A stretch of DNA of 64,000 bases from an uncultured archaeon (GCA_964447495.1 CAYUTF010000001.1:64870-128869), one strand, 5' to 3'. Positions 39,994 through 49,564 are shown, numbered from the stretch's first letter. The notes: a model not told the origin generated them from the letters alone. Program-made: numbers and translations.

Positions 39994-41451
39994 TTAACTA
40001 TCTTTATTTAAAGAGATTTTTTTTATATTTTTAGATTCATGTTCATTGTCAGCTATCAGAGATTCTCTTCCACGTTCTATATAATAAAATTCAGATATTT
40101 CCGGATTAAATTTTTCTTTTAAAATTTTCATAACATTTAACCCCTTTGCATACTCGTCGCATACAAAAATATCAATGCTGATATATCCATGTTCTGGCCA
40201 TGTATGGATAGCTGCATGACTTGATTTCAATATAGCTATAGCTGTATATCCGTATGGATGAAAATTATATTTAAATATATCAAGGATAACTATTCCAGAA
40301 GAAAATAGAGCGGTGAGGAATATTTTATGAATCTCTTCATTTTCTAACAGTATTTTTTGGTTTTTAAAACGCATTTCCCCTACAAAATGATGTCCTATTG
40401 GACGAAATGGTAAATTAATCCCTTGTTTTAATTCAGAAGTATAAATTGGACGAGCCTCTAAACTTAATTTACTCTCGTTCTCATGGACTTCTGCTAAGGT
40501 TAGATAATAAAGATCACTAAATTGCCCTAAAATACTTGCTCCTTCATAATGATTGAAATCAGGAATCAATTCTTTAATTACAAATCCATGATCCAATATG
40601 GATAATTGAATCTTTTGCTTATCTTTCGGAGGTTTATTTCCGAAACAAAGAATACACCGTTTCCCTATTAAAGTATAATCTCTATTTTCAATTTTAATTG
40701 ATGTTTTCAAAGCTTGCTTAGCTCTTTTAAGAAATAGTCGTAACCCTTGGTTTGTGTACGGAGGATCCATAATAACAATATCATATTTATTGAGAAGGTC
40801 ATTAGGAAGAGGTTCTCGTAAATCATGCTGTACAAAATTAATATTGTTTATAGAATTCAAATTTGAAATGTCTGCTAAATAATCTAATACTGCTTTATCT
40901 ACATCAATTACCGTAATTTCATCTGCTAATTCGGTTAAACCCACTAAAATGGAAGTAGCATCGTCATCGCCTAAAAAGATAAGTTTTCTTCCTTCAATCT
41001 CACCCTTTTTCACAAGATATAAGGTTCGATTTATAACAGAAGGAATATCAGCGTGTGCTTGATCAAAAGAATAATTCGGATCTGGTCTTTTTTCTAGGTA
41101 ATTATCACTAAATTTAAGAAAATAGAGTTTCTTAGGGAGATCTTCAAGTGAAGTTGTTAAATCCTTAGGAAGAGGATCAAAATTAAAATAAAGATTCACG
41201 TTTTCCTTTACCCAATTTTCCCCTTCTTGACCGAGTCTATTTCGCTTTTCAATAATCCCTGCTTTTACTAATTCTGATCTGACAGCAGCAAGTGCAGGAA
41301 TCGCAATTCCTGTTTTTTGGGCTAATTTTTTATTCTTAAGAGTTGGAAAGCGATACATATAGAGAAGAATTGATCGTAATCCTTCCATTCCTTCAGCTAA
41401 TTGGGCTTTTTCTGCAATTAGAGTAAGTAATTTTTCCGTTTCTATTTGCAT
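39994..41451 (-). CDS. Fusion protein: BpsA-like (DUF43) aminopropyltransferase + pyruvoyl-type S-adenosylmethionine decarboxylase (SpeH-like)
   Basis: 485 aa. N-terminal wHTH-like region, then DUF43/BpsA motifs GRKLIFLGDDDATS, VIDVD, HDLREPLP and IVIMDPPYT. The C-terminal roughly 115 aa match SpeH (HFVGEM...HPYGYTAIAILKSSHAAIHTWPEHGYISIDIFVCD). Confidence 0.8.
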   Translation of the reverse strand: MQIETEKLLTLIAEKAQLAEGMEGLRSILLYMYRFPTLKNKKLAQKTGIAIPALAAVRSELVKAGIIEKRNRLGQEGENWVKENVNLYFNFDPLPKDLTTSLEDLPKKLYFLKFSDNYLEKRPDPNYSFDQAHADIPSVINRTLYLVKKGEIEGRKLIFLGDDDATSILVGLTELADEITVIDVDKAVLDYLADISNLNSINNINFVQHDLREPLPNDLLNKYDIVIMDPPYTNQGLRLFLKRAKQALKTSIKIENRDYTLIGKRCILCFGNKPPKDKQKIQLSILDHGFVIKELIPDFNHYEGASILGQFSDLYYLTLAEVHENESKLSLEARPIYTSELKQGINLPFRPIGHHFVGEMRFKNQKILLENEEIHKIFLTALFSSGIVILDIFKYNFHPYGYTAIAILKSSHAAIHTWPEHGYISIDIFVCDEYAKGLNVMKILKEKFNPEISEFYYIERGRESLIADNEHESKNIKKISLNKDS

Positions 41452-41729
41452 TCTGATTACCTTCAGTTATTACTAATTAAATAGGATGGCTTCCTTAAAG
41501 TTTTTTAGATCTAGAATTACTTTTACTAAATCGATTACAGGTAATTCAAAACCATAAAAAAATGATAATAATATAAAAAAAAATCATGTTATTGCAAGTT
41601 ATGATAAAATACTCCTTTTTTCGATTCTTTTCTTTTTCAAAGAATAATTTCTCTCATAACTGGTGTGTTTTATACGATTATGATATTTTGCGTTTCAAAT
41701 AAAAACTTGTAACTTTTTCCAAGATGCAT

Positions 41730-41798
41730 GTATTTTGTATAAGATTTATAAAATACATCTTATATTAGACAAAATACAAATATGCTTTTTATAGCATA
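41730..41798. repeat. AT-rich imperfect palindromes in the 534-bp divergent intergenic region
   Basis: GTATTTTGTATAAGAT (41730-45) pairs with ATCTTATA-ttaga-CAAAATAC (41757-77), giving 16 bp with a 5-nt bulge. A second hairpin, TATGCT-N6-AGCATA, lies at 41781-98. Confidence 0.35.
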
Positions 41799-41985
41799 AA
41801 ATATTTTTAAATAAAAAATAAAATACTTTTTGTTATTTTTTAATACTTAAAGTAAATTTTTAACTCAAACTCTCGGAAAAATTGAACAAGAACAGAATGA
41901 GTTGAGAAAATATTTGAAGGATGATATTAATTCCGAAGCATAAGATAACAAAAATGTAGAAATAAAATGAGTTTAAGGTGTTTTT

Positions 41986-44226
41986 ATGGAGAAAGTTAGG
42001 ATGATTAGGTTTACAAAACCCTATCTCATAATGATTTTTATATCTATCGGGTTGTTATTTGCTCAAGCAAATTTCGACCTCACATTACCAGACTATCTTT
42101 CTAAGATCGTGAATGTGGGCATTCAACAAGGGGGCGTGGAAGATGCAGTCCCAGAAGCAATCCGGGAAATAGAAATGAACAGAACCTTAATGTGGCTTAC
42201 TCCTGAAAATCAAACGGACGTGCTCAGTGCTTATACATTGGTGCATAATGGAAGTTCAGAAGCTAGCTTGTATGTCGAAAAGTATCCTGCCTTGCTTAAC
42301 CAGTCAGTCTATGTATTGACTAACTCGGAGAGCGCGACAAACACGAATTTAAATCCGATTATGGCTAGAGCACTTTTAATCGTGTCTTTCGTTGAATTAT
42401 TAATGATGAATGACACATTACGAATGCTTGTAAATGCGCAATTAGGACTTTCTCTCCCAGGCAACGGTACAGATTTGTTTGAATATATTAAAACACAACC
42501 TCCTTTGACATTATTACTGATTATGACTGTTGCCAACTCAAGATTTAGTGCACTTGGGGAAAAAATGATTATTCAAGCTGCGACACAAGTTGTTAGAGAG
42601 GAATATAAGGCACTTGGTATGGACATAAACCAATTGCAACTAAACTACATGTTTTACTATGGAGGATTGATGATCCTCTTAACTCTACTCTCAATGGCTT
42701 GTATGATTGCAGTAGGTTACTTGGCAGCAAAGGTTGCTACTGGAATGGCCCGTGATATGCGCCGGGATATATTCAAGAAGGTCGAACAATTTTCGAGCAC
42801 TGAGTTTGACAGTTTTTCAACGGCATCTTTGATCACACGCTCGACGAATGATATAACACAAGTTCAGATGGCGGTAATAATGATTATTCGTCTTGTGTTT
42901 TATGCCCCAATTTTGGGAATCGGTGGGATCATTCATGCTCTTGATTTAGCTCCAACGATGTGGTGGATAATTGCAATGGCAGTGGGCATATTGCTTAGCT
43001 TAATACTTATGGTCTTTTATGTAGCTTTGCCCAAGTTTAAGAGTATCCAGAAGCTGGTGGATCGTCTCAATCTAGTGGCCCGTGAGGGCTTGACAGGGAT
43101 AATGGTGATAAGAGCGTTTAATAAACAGCAATTTGAAGAGATCCGGTTCGATAAGGCTAACATCGATCTCACCAAGGTATCCTTATTTATCAATCGTGTT
43201 ATGGTAATTATGATGCCCGTGATGATGATGTTGATGAATGTTCTCGTGATCATAATCATATGGGTCGGATCGCACGAGGTAGCTAATGCAAATCTCCAAG
43301 TTGGTGATATGATCGCCTTTATGCAATATGCTATGCAAGTGACTATGGCCTTCCTCATGTTGTCAATAATGTTCATTATTTTACCGCGTGCTTCCGTATC
43401 TGTAAATCGTATTGCTGAGGTCCTAAAAGTTGATATTCTAATCCGTGATCCCGAGAATCCAAAACATTTTGATGAACCATTTAGAGGAAAAGTCGAATTC
43501 CGGAATGTTTCTTTCCGCTATACTGGTGCATTAGAGGATGTCCTACATGATATTTCATTTACCGCCCATTCAGGACAAGTCACGGCTTTTATTGGACCTA
43601 CTGGCTCTGGTAAATCTACACTTGTAAACTTGATACCACGTCTTTATGATGTCGTAACGGGAGAAATTTTAATCGATGATGTTGATATACGTGAAGTAAG
43701 CCAGCACGAATTACGTGATAAAATTGGTTATGTGCCACAGAAGAGTGCGTTATTCTCTGGGACTATCGCGAGTAATCTTCTTTTTGCGAATGAAAACGCG
43801 AGCGAGGTCGACCTTAAATCTGCGATACAAACCGCCCAAATTACCGAGTTCGTGAATGGTAAAACCGAAGGGATGGCTACTGAGATTGCCCAAGGCGGGA
43901 TGAATGTGTCTGGAGGTCAAAAACAGCGACTCTCAATCGCTCGAGCCTTAGTTAAAAAAGCTCCAATTAATATTTTAGATGATAGCTTTTCCAATTTAGA
44001 CTTTAAAACCGATGTTGCTTTGCGTAAAGCCCTCCGAGCATCCCTCTCAGTGAGTACAGTGCTTATAGTTACACAAAGAGTTTCCACTATTAAAAATGCA
44101 GACCAAATAATTGTTCTCAACGAGGGTAGAATTGTCGGGAAGGGAACACATGTTGAACTGATGGAAAATTGTGCTATATATAAGGATATAGCAATGTCAC
44201 AACTTAGTTTGGAGGAATTATTATGA
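41986..44226 (+). CDS. ABC exporter half-transporter (TMD-NBD), subunit with non-canonical Walker B and a large extracytoplasmic insert
   Basis: 746 aa. 6-TM type I exporter fold. Walker A GPTGSGKST, signature VSGGQKQR and Walker B INILDDS, with Asp in place of the catalytic Glu. An insert of about 165 aa lies between TM1 and TM2. Confidence 0.9.
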   Translation: MEKVRMIRFTKPYLIMIFISIGLLFAQANFDLTLPDYLSKIVNVGIQQGGVEDAVPEAIREIEMNRTLMWLTPENQTDVLSAYTLVHNGSSEASLYVEKYPALLNQSVYVLTNSESATNTNLNPIMARALLIVSFVELLMMNDTLRMLVNAQLGLSLPGNGTDLFEYIKTQPPLTLLLIMTVANSRFSALGEKMIIQAATQVVREEYKALGMDINQLQLNYMFYYGGLMILLTLLSMACMIAVGYLAAKVATGMARDMRRDIFKKVEQFSSTEFDSFSTASLITRSTNDITQVQMAVIMIIRLVFYAPILGIGGIIHALDLAPTMWWIIAMAVGILLSLILMVFYVALPKFKSIQKLVDRLNLVAREGLTGIMVIRAFNKQQFEEIRFDKANIDLTKVSLFINRVMVIMMPVMMMLMNVLVIIIIWVGSHEVANANLQVGDMIAFMQYAMQVTMAFLMLSIMFIILPRASVSVNRIAEVLKVDILIRDPENPKHFDEPFRGKVEFRNVSFRYTGALEDVLHDISFTAHSGQVTAFIGPTGSGKSTLVNLIPRLYDVVTGEILIDDVDIREVSQHELRDKIGYVPQKSALFSGTIASNLLFANENASEVDLKSAIQTAQITEFVNGKTEGMATEIAQGGMNVSGGQKQRLSIARALVKKAPINILDDSFSNLDFKTDVALRKALRASLSVSTVLIVTQRVSTIKNADQIIVLNEGRIVGKGTHVELMENCAIYKDIAMSQLSLEELL

Positions 44227-46070
44227 TGCAACGACCTGGAGGTCCAATGAGAGGGCGTGGTCCGATGGGAGCAACGGGTGTTGCTCGTGAAAAGGCTACC
44301 AACTTTCGTGGGACGATGGGTAAACTATTCCGTTATATGGGTAGGTATAAAGGGTTAGTATTGCTGGTCTTCATATTTGCTGCAGCATCTACAACTGCAA
44401 ACATTATCGGTCCAAAGATTCTCGGAACTGCCACAACAACTCTTGTTACTGGCGTGATAGCCCAAATTAGTGGTACAGGCGTAATTGATTTTGCTAGTAT
44501 TGGCGTAATTTTACTTGAAGTACTAGCAATATACGTTATCTCAGCAATTTTTGGCTTTATACAAGGCTGGATTATGGCGGGTGTTTCAACTAATATTGCT
44601 TATCGATTCCGTCGGGATATTGCGGAAAAGATCGACCACTTACCACTTAAATATTTTGATGGGACTACTTACGGAGAAGTACTTTCTCGTATTACAAATG
44701 ATGTCGACACAATCAACCAGTCATTAAGCCAAAGTCTCACGCAGATTATTACATCAGTAGTAACAATCGTGGGAGTCTTGATCATGATGCTTAGTATAAG
44801 TTGGGTCATGACATTGGTAGCGCTTGCGATGCTTCCATTGTCATTATTACTAATGGGTGTAGTTATTGGTCGCTCACAGAAGTACTTTAAACAACAACAA
44901 GATAATTTAGGGCATGTCAACGGTCATGTCGAAGAAATGTATGGTGGTCATATTGTGATAAAGGCATTCAACGGGGAAGAAAAAAGCGTTGAAAAATTCA
45001 ACAAATTTAATAAAAATTGGTATACAGGCTCTTGGAAAGCAAATTTCTTCTCAGGATTGATGATACCAATCATGTTATTCATTGGAAATTTGGGATATGT
45101 GGCTGTTACAATTTTCGGCGCATGGTTGGCAATTCAAAACGTAATTACAATAGGGGATATTCAAGCATTCATTCAGTATGTCCGCTCGTTCACCCAACCT
45201 CTCAGCCAAATTGCTAATATTTCCAATGTTCTTCAGCAAACAGCTGCTGCTGCTGAACGCGTATTTAAATTTCTTGAAGAAGAGGAAGAGACTCCCGATG
45301 TAACTAACCCTATTAAGCTAGAACGCGTCAAAGGATTAGTGGAATTCCGAAACGTGCATTTTGGATATGATCCTAATAAGATTATCATCCAAAACTTCTC
45401 CGCTATAGCCCAACCTGGTCAAAAGGTTGCGATAGTTGGACCAACAGGAGCAGGAAAAACCACTATTGTCAAACTACTTATGCGTTTCTACGATCTGAAT
45501 AGCGGAACAATTTTAGTAGATGGTCATGACACTCGAGATTTCACACGAGCAGATCTTCGCCGTATGTTTGGAATGGTGTTGCAAGATACTTGGCTTTATA
45601 ATGATTCCATAATGAATAATATTAGATATAGCAATCAAGATGCAACTGACGAGGAAGTGCTTGCGGCTGCAAGTATTGCCCACGTTGACCCTTTCGTCAA
45701 AATGTTACCCGATGGATATAATATGGTGATCAATGAGGAAATAACAAATGTCTCTCAGGGTCAAATGCAGTTATTAACGATTGCCCGTGCCATCCTTGCG
45801 AATCCACCAATACTGATCCTTGATGAAGCTACCAGTTCCGTCGATACGCATACGGAGATCTTGATACAAGAAGCCATGGATGCACTAATGCAGAATAGAA
45901 CTAGTTTCGTTATAGCTCATCGTTTATCCACTATTCGTAATGCAGATCTGATCCTCGTAATGCGGGATGGAGACATTGTAGAGCAAGGCAACCATAATGA
46001 GTTGCTAGCACGGGGTGGTTACTACGCTGAGTTATACAATAGTCAATTTGAAAAGTTGAATAATGACTAA
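44223..46070 (+). CDS. ABC exporter half-transporter (TMD-NBD), partner subunit with degenerate signature motif
   Basis: 615 aa. ATGA start/stop overlap with the upstream gene. Walker A GPTGAGKTT, canonical Walker B ILILDEATS and signature VSQGQMQ instead of LSGGQ. Confidence 0.9.
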   Translation: MMQRPGGPMRGRGPMGATGVAREKATNFRGTMGKLFRYMGRYKGLVLLVFIFAAASTTANIIGPKILGTATTTLVTGVIAQISGTGVIDFASIGVILLEVLAIYVISAIFGFIQGWIMAGVSTNIAYRFRRDIAEKIDHLPLKYFDGTTYGEVLSRITNDVDTINQSLSQSLTQIITSVVTIVGVLIMMLSISWVMTLVALAMLPLSLLLMGVVIGRSQKYFKQQQDNLGHVNGHVEEMYGGHIVIKAFNGEEKSVEKFNKFNKNWYTGSWKANFFSGLMIPIMLFIGNLGYVAVTIFGAWLAIQNVITIGDIQAFIQYVRSFTQPLSQIANISNVLQQTAAAAERVFKFLEEEEETPDVTNPIKLERVKGLVEFRNVHFGYDPNKIIIQNFSAIAQPGQKVAIVGPTGAGKTTIVKLLMRFYDLNSGTILVDGHDTRDFTRADLRRMFGMVLQDTWLYNDSIMNNIRYSNQDATDEEVLAAASIAHVDPFVKMLPDGYNMVINEEITNVSQGQMQLLTIARAILANPPILILDEATSSVDTHTEILIQEAMDALMQNRTSFVIAHRLSTIRNADLILVMRDGDIVEQGNHNELLARGGYYAELYNSQFEKLNND

Positions 46071-46081
46071 TATATTTTTAA

Positions 46082-46090
46082 TTTTTTTTT
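46082..46090 (+). terminator. Oligo-T (T9) candidate terminator after the ABC exporter pair
   Basis: T9 run 12 nt after the stop codon, followed by further T-rich tracts. Confidence 0.4.
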
Positions 46091-46202
46091 ACATTATCTT
46101 TAATTTTCTTTTATGTTTATTTTTCTTTTATGATTTTTGCTATAAAGTATGCTGTTAAAAATATAAATAAAGTAATTGCTGAAAGAACTCAAAAAGGAGG
46201 TT

Positions 46203-46535
46203 TCAAATTCCCATTACTGCGTTATTCAAAAATCCAATACCTCTAGGGGTCGCTTTCCAACCATTTTTTGTATTCATGATATAAAATAATTGCTCTAACA
46301 TGGATAAGTGATATCTAATTTGACTCTCTTCTTCTTGAAAGTTACTCTTTATTTGTTCAAGTGTTCTTGTATTAGTCCCAATGAATTTTAATAATTCTCT
46401 CCTAGTTTGATTCATCATCGTTCTATAAGCACGACGATGATCTTCTTTATGGTCCATATCTTTTGTCATTTGTAAATACTCTTTCATCTCTTCTTCATTA
46501 AGTTGGCATAATTCCATAATTTCTTTCATATTCAT
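46203..46535 (-). CDS. Small wHTH (ArsR-like) transcriptional regulator
   Basis: 110 aa. RRELLKFIGTNTRTLEQIKSNFQEEESQIRYHLSMLEQ resembles an ArsR/SmtB-type HTH. Confidence 0.55.
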   Translation of the reverse strand: MNMKEIMELCQLNEEEMKEYLQMTKDMDHKEDHRRAYRTMMNQTRRELLKFIGTNTRTLEQIKSNFQEEESQIRYHLSMLEQLFYIMNTKNGWKATPRGIGFLNNAVMGI

Positions 46536-46759
46536 TTGTGTTTCCCCTTCAATTCCTTCAAAGTAATTTTAATTTGTTTTTTTCCTAATTTATGTAATTC
46601 ATTATCACATAAATAATCAATATTTAAGGAATATTGAATTGAAATAGACCCTTAAAAATCTGTTTTCATTATAATGGAGGAGCGATATATTTAAATATGA
46701 TTTTTGATATATTCCTACATGGGATTATTCCCATATGAGACTATTAAAAATTGAAATAA

Positions 46760-47368
46760 ATGATAACTAATATGAAAAATGAATTGCAAAATGAACTAAC
46801 CCATAAACAATTTACTCTGTTAGGTTTAGTTGCAGAAGGGGACCCTGAATATGGATATCGAAGTACATATCCATATATGATTAATAAGAAGATAAAGGAG
46901 AGAGGAATGGAAGCTTGGACAAAAATAGGTGAGATGGGAAGATCCTCCATTTATAGAATTCTAAAAGAGTTAGAGTCAATTAAATTGATTACTCATTATA
47001 CTGAAGAAGTAGATAATAGAAAGCGAAAAATATATTCTATTACCCACTTAGGAATTAAGGCTCTTAAAAAAAGAATATTTGAAGTTTTAAGTAATTTTAA
47101 GGGAAAAAATGATGAGGATTTTTATGTTGCATTTTCTATGCTTCCACTTATATCTCAAGAAGAGCAAACTGAAGCATTAACTAAATCAATCGAACTAATA
47201 TCTAATAATATAAAGGAACTAGAAGAAATGCTAGAACAAAATTCTCGATTACCTATTAATGTAACTGGATTATTTATCCATCCAATTGAAATATTAAAAA
47301 CAGATGTTAAATTTCTTAATTGGGTTATAGACGAAATAAGAAAAGGAAAGGAGAGAATCTCGAAATGA
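46760..47368 (+). CDS. PadR-family transcriptional regulator
   Basis: 202 aa. LLGLVAEGDPEYGYRS...SIYRILKELESIKLITHYTEEVDNRKRKIYSITHLG is a PadR-type wHTH, followed by a helical C-terminal domain. Confidence 0.8.
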   Translation: MITNMKNELQNELTHKQFTLLGLVAEGDPEYGYRSTYPYMINKKIKERGMEAWTKIGEMGRSSIYRILKELESIKLITHYTEEVDNRKRKIYSITHLGIKALKKRIFEVLSNFKGKNDEDFYVAFSMLPLISQEEQTEALTKSIELISNNIKELEEMLEQNSRLPINVTGLFIHPIEILKTDVKFLNWVIDEIRKGKERISK

Positions 47369-48501
47369 AAATTATAGTTAGGGATTTTATACACAGAATT
47401 GGACACCATTGCGAATCTTCTTCAATGAGGGACTTATTTGAATTTTATGGATTTCCTATGTCTGAAGCAATGGCATTCGGACTAGACGGTACTCTAGGTT
47501 TTGGTTTTTTTAAAAATGATGTTCAAATATCTTTTATATCAGATTCTAATCTTCCTTTCTTTCTAGGAGGCAAACAGGGAACCATCGAACCTAATAGTTT
47601 GGCATGTCGTTTATTAGGGATAACAATTAGAAAGCAATCTTTTAGCAATGCAGATAAAGCTTGGGAGGAGTCTAAAAAGATATTAAATCAGAATCAACCT
47701 CTTATTTTAAGAGTAGATATTGCTTATATGCCATATGAGGGATTTGATCAACAACTTAATGAAGCTCATTTTGGGGGCCATGCAGTTACCTTAGCGGGAT
47801 ATGATGAGGAAAAGAAAGTAACTTTTATAGGGGACACCGAATTTGAGGGTTTTCAAGAAGTCAGTTTTGATGTTTTAAAGTTAGCGAGAAGCTCTACTTA
47901 TGGACCAAAGTTTTTACATCCGAACAACACTCAATTCTCTATGATTCCTCGTCCTGATGGCAAACATCCACCTCTTGCTGCGGGTGTAAAAGTCGCAATC
48001 CAACAAGTTGTCAATAACATGCTTAGACCTTCGATGAATAATATTGGTATACAAGGCTTAAACCTTTTTGCAAAATCTATTCTTAATTGGAATGTAAAAT
48101 TAAATAAAACTATTAAGAATTCACGAAATGAAGTGCATTCATTAGCTCAGGTTATGTTTGAGCTTACTTATGCTTATATTGAGACGTGGGGTACTGGAGG
48201 TGCGTTATTCCGGAAATTATATAAATCATTTTTAGAAGAAATTCTGAATCACCCTGAGATTAAAGATGGTCAGAGGGCATGGAAGAATGAGGAATTTGCA
48301 TTAGTAAGCGATGCTATCCCACATATAACCCTATCTTCAGAGAAATGGACAGCAATTGCGAATATTCTTAAAAATGCAGCTATTAATTATAAAGAAGAAT
48401 GTTTAAATTATGTAAATCTTAATGATTTGCACACAATAATTCTGGAAATTATTTCAGAAGAAGAACAATTATGGAAAATATTATCAAAACTAAAAATATA
48501 A
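47365..48501 (+). CDS. BtrH-N (C39-peptidase-like) / DUF4872-type protein
   Basis: The start is taken at MKIIVRDF, which gives an ATGA overlap with the padR stop. The track ORF begins upstream at 47320. GHHCESSSMRDLFEFYGFPMSEAMAFGLDG matches my recollection of the BtrH_N family N-terminus with its catalytic-type Cys. Confidence 0.65.
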   Translation: MKIIVRDFIHRIGHHCESSSMRDLFEFYGFPMSEAMAFGLDGTLGFGFFKNDVQISFISDSNLPFFLGGKQGTIEPNSLACRLLGITIRKQSFSNADKAWEESKKILNQNQPLILRVDIAYMPYEGFDQQLNEAHFGGHAVTLAGYDEEKKVTFIGDTEFEGFQEVSFDVLKLARSSTYGPKFLHPNNTQFSMIPRPDGKHPPLAAGVKVAIQQVVNNMLRPSMNNIGIQGLNLFAKSILNWNVKLNKTIKNSRNEVHSLAQVMFELTYAYIETWGTGGALFRKLYKSFLEEILNHPEIKDGQRAWKNEEFALVSDAIPHITLSSEKWTAIANILKNAAINYKEECLNYVNLNDLHTIILEIISEEEQLWKILSKLKI

Positions 48502-48521
48502 GTTAAATTGGTCGTTAATTT

Positions 48522-49541
48522 ATGGAAAAATTAAGTGATATTATTAAATCTGATACTATTGATTGGTTATTAGAAGAAAATAATCCTTCTGTTAGATATT
48601 TTGCATTGAAGGAACTCTTAGGAAAAGAAGATAATTCTAGTGAAGTAAAAGAGGCAAAAGAAAAAATTATGGTAGAAGGGATTGTCCCAATAATTTTACG
48701 CAAACAATATAGTGGTGGTCATTGGGGCATTTCTGAAAATTTTTATGTAAGTGCGAAATATAAGGGAACAGTATGGCAAATTATCATACTTGCTGAACTT
48801 GGCGCAGATGGTAATGATACACGCATACAAAATGCTTGCGAATTCATCCTTAGGATTTCACAAGACCCTACGAGTGGAGGTTTTGCGTACCGTTGCAATA
48901 ATCAAGGTACTGGCGATCACTTAAAAGTTCTGCCATGTTTAACCGGCAATATGCTCTGGTCTTTAATTAAGTTTGGATATTTAGATGATCCGAGAGTTCA
49001 GAGTGGTCTCGATTGGATTATTAAATACCAACGTTTTGATGATGGTAATGAAGAAAATCCAAAAGATTGGCCGTATAATATCGGATCAAAAAAAGGGGAA
49101 GCATGTTGGGGAAAACACACTTGTCATATGAATGTAGTAAAGAACCTGAAGGCTCTCGCTGAGATCCCTTTGGAAAAACGATCAAGAGGAGTTAAAAAAG
49201 TAATTGGAGAAGCAGTTGAATTCATGCTTAAACATCGCATTTATAAAAAAAGTCACGCGCCCTTTACAGTAGCTAAGGATGAATGGACACAATTTGGATT
49301 CCCACTGATTTGGAAGGTTGATGCCTTGGATGTTTTAGGGTTAATAACTAAATTAGGATATAAAGATGATCGAATGCAGGATGCTGTTGATTTGGTTATT
49401 TCAAAACAAAATGAACATGGGAGATGGATATTAGAAAAAACATTTAATGGAAGGATGATAACGAATATTGAACAGAAAGGTAAGGAGAGTAAATGGATAA
49501 CTTTACATGCACTGAATGTGTTAAAGCGATATTATAAATAA
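48522..49541 (+). CDS. Alpha/alpha-toroid repeat protein (prenyltransferase / squalene-cyclase-like repeats)
   Basis: 339 aa. Repeated a..fl...Q...GGF/GxW-type units: ACEFILRISQDPTSGGFA, GLDWIIKYQRFDDG and AVDLVISKQNEHGRW. Confidence 0.55.
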   Translation: MEKLSDIIKSDTIDWLLEENNPSVRYFALKELLGKEDNSSEVKEAKEKIMVEGIVPIILRKQYSGGHWGISENFYVSAKYKGTVWQIIILAELGADGNDTRIQNACEFILRISQDPTSGGFAYRCNNQGTGDHLKVLPCLTGNMLWSLIKFGYLDDPRVQSGLDWIIKYQRFDDGNEENPKDWPYNIGSKKGEACWGKHTCHMNVVKNLKALAEIPLEKRSRGVKKVIGEAVEFMLKHRIYKKSHAPFTVAKDEWTQFGFPLIWKVDALDVLGLITKLGYKDDRMQDAVDLVISKQNEHGRWILEKTFNGRMITNIEQKGKESKWITLHALNVLKRYYK

Positions 49542-49564
49542 ATTTTTCATAAAGTTGAGAGAAA

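Noticed and set aside
47320-47364. Upstream extension of the BtrH-like ORF (MGYRRNKKRKGENLE...).
   Set aside because: It overlaps the 3' end of padR by 49 nt and is basic, low-complexity sequence. The internal ATG at 47365 gives the common ATGA stop/start coupling.
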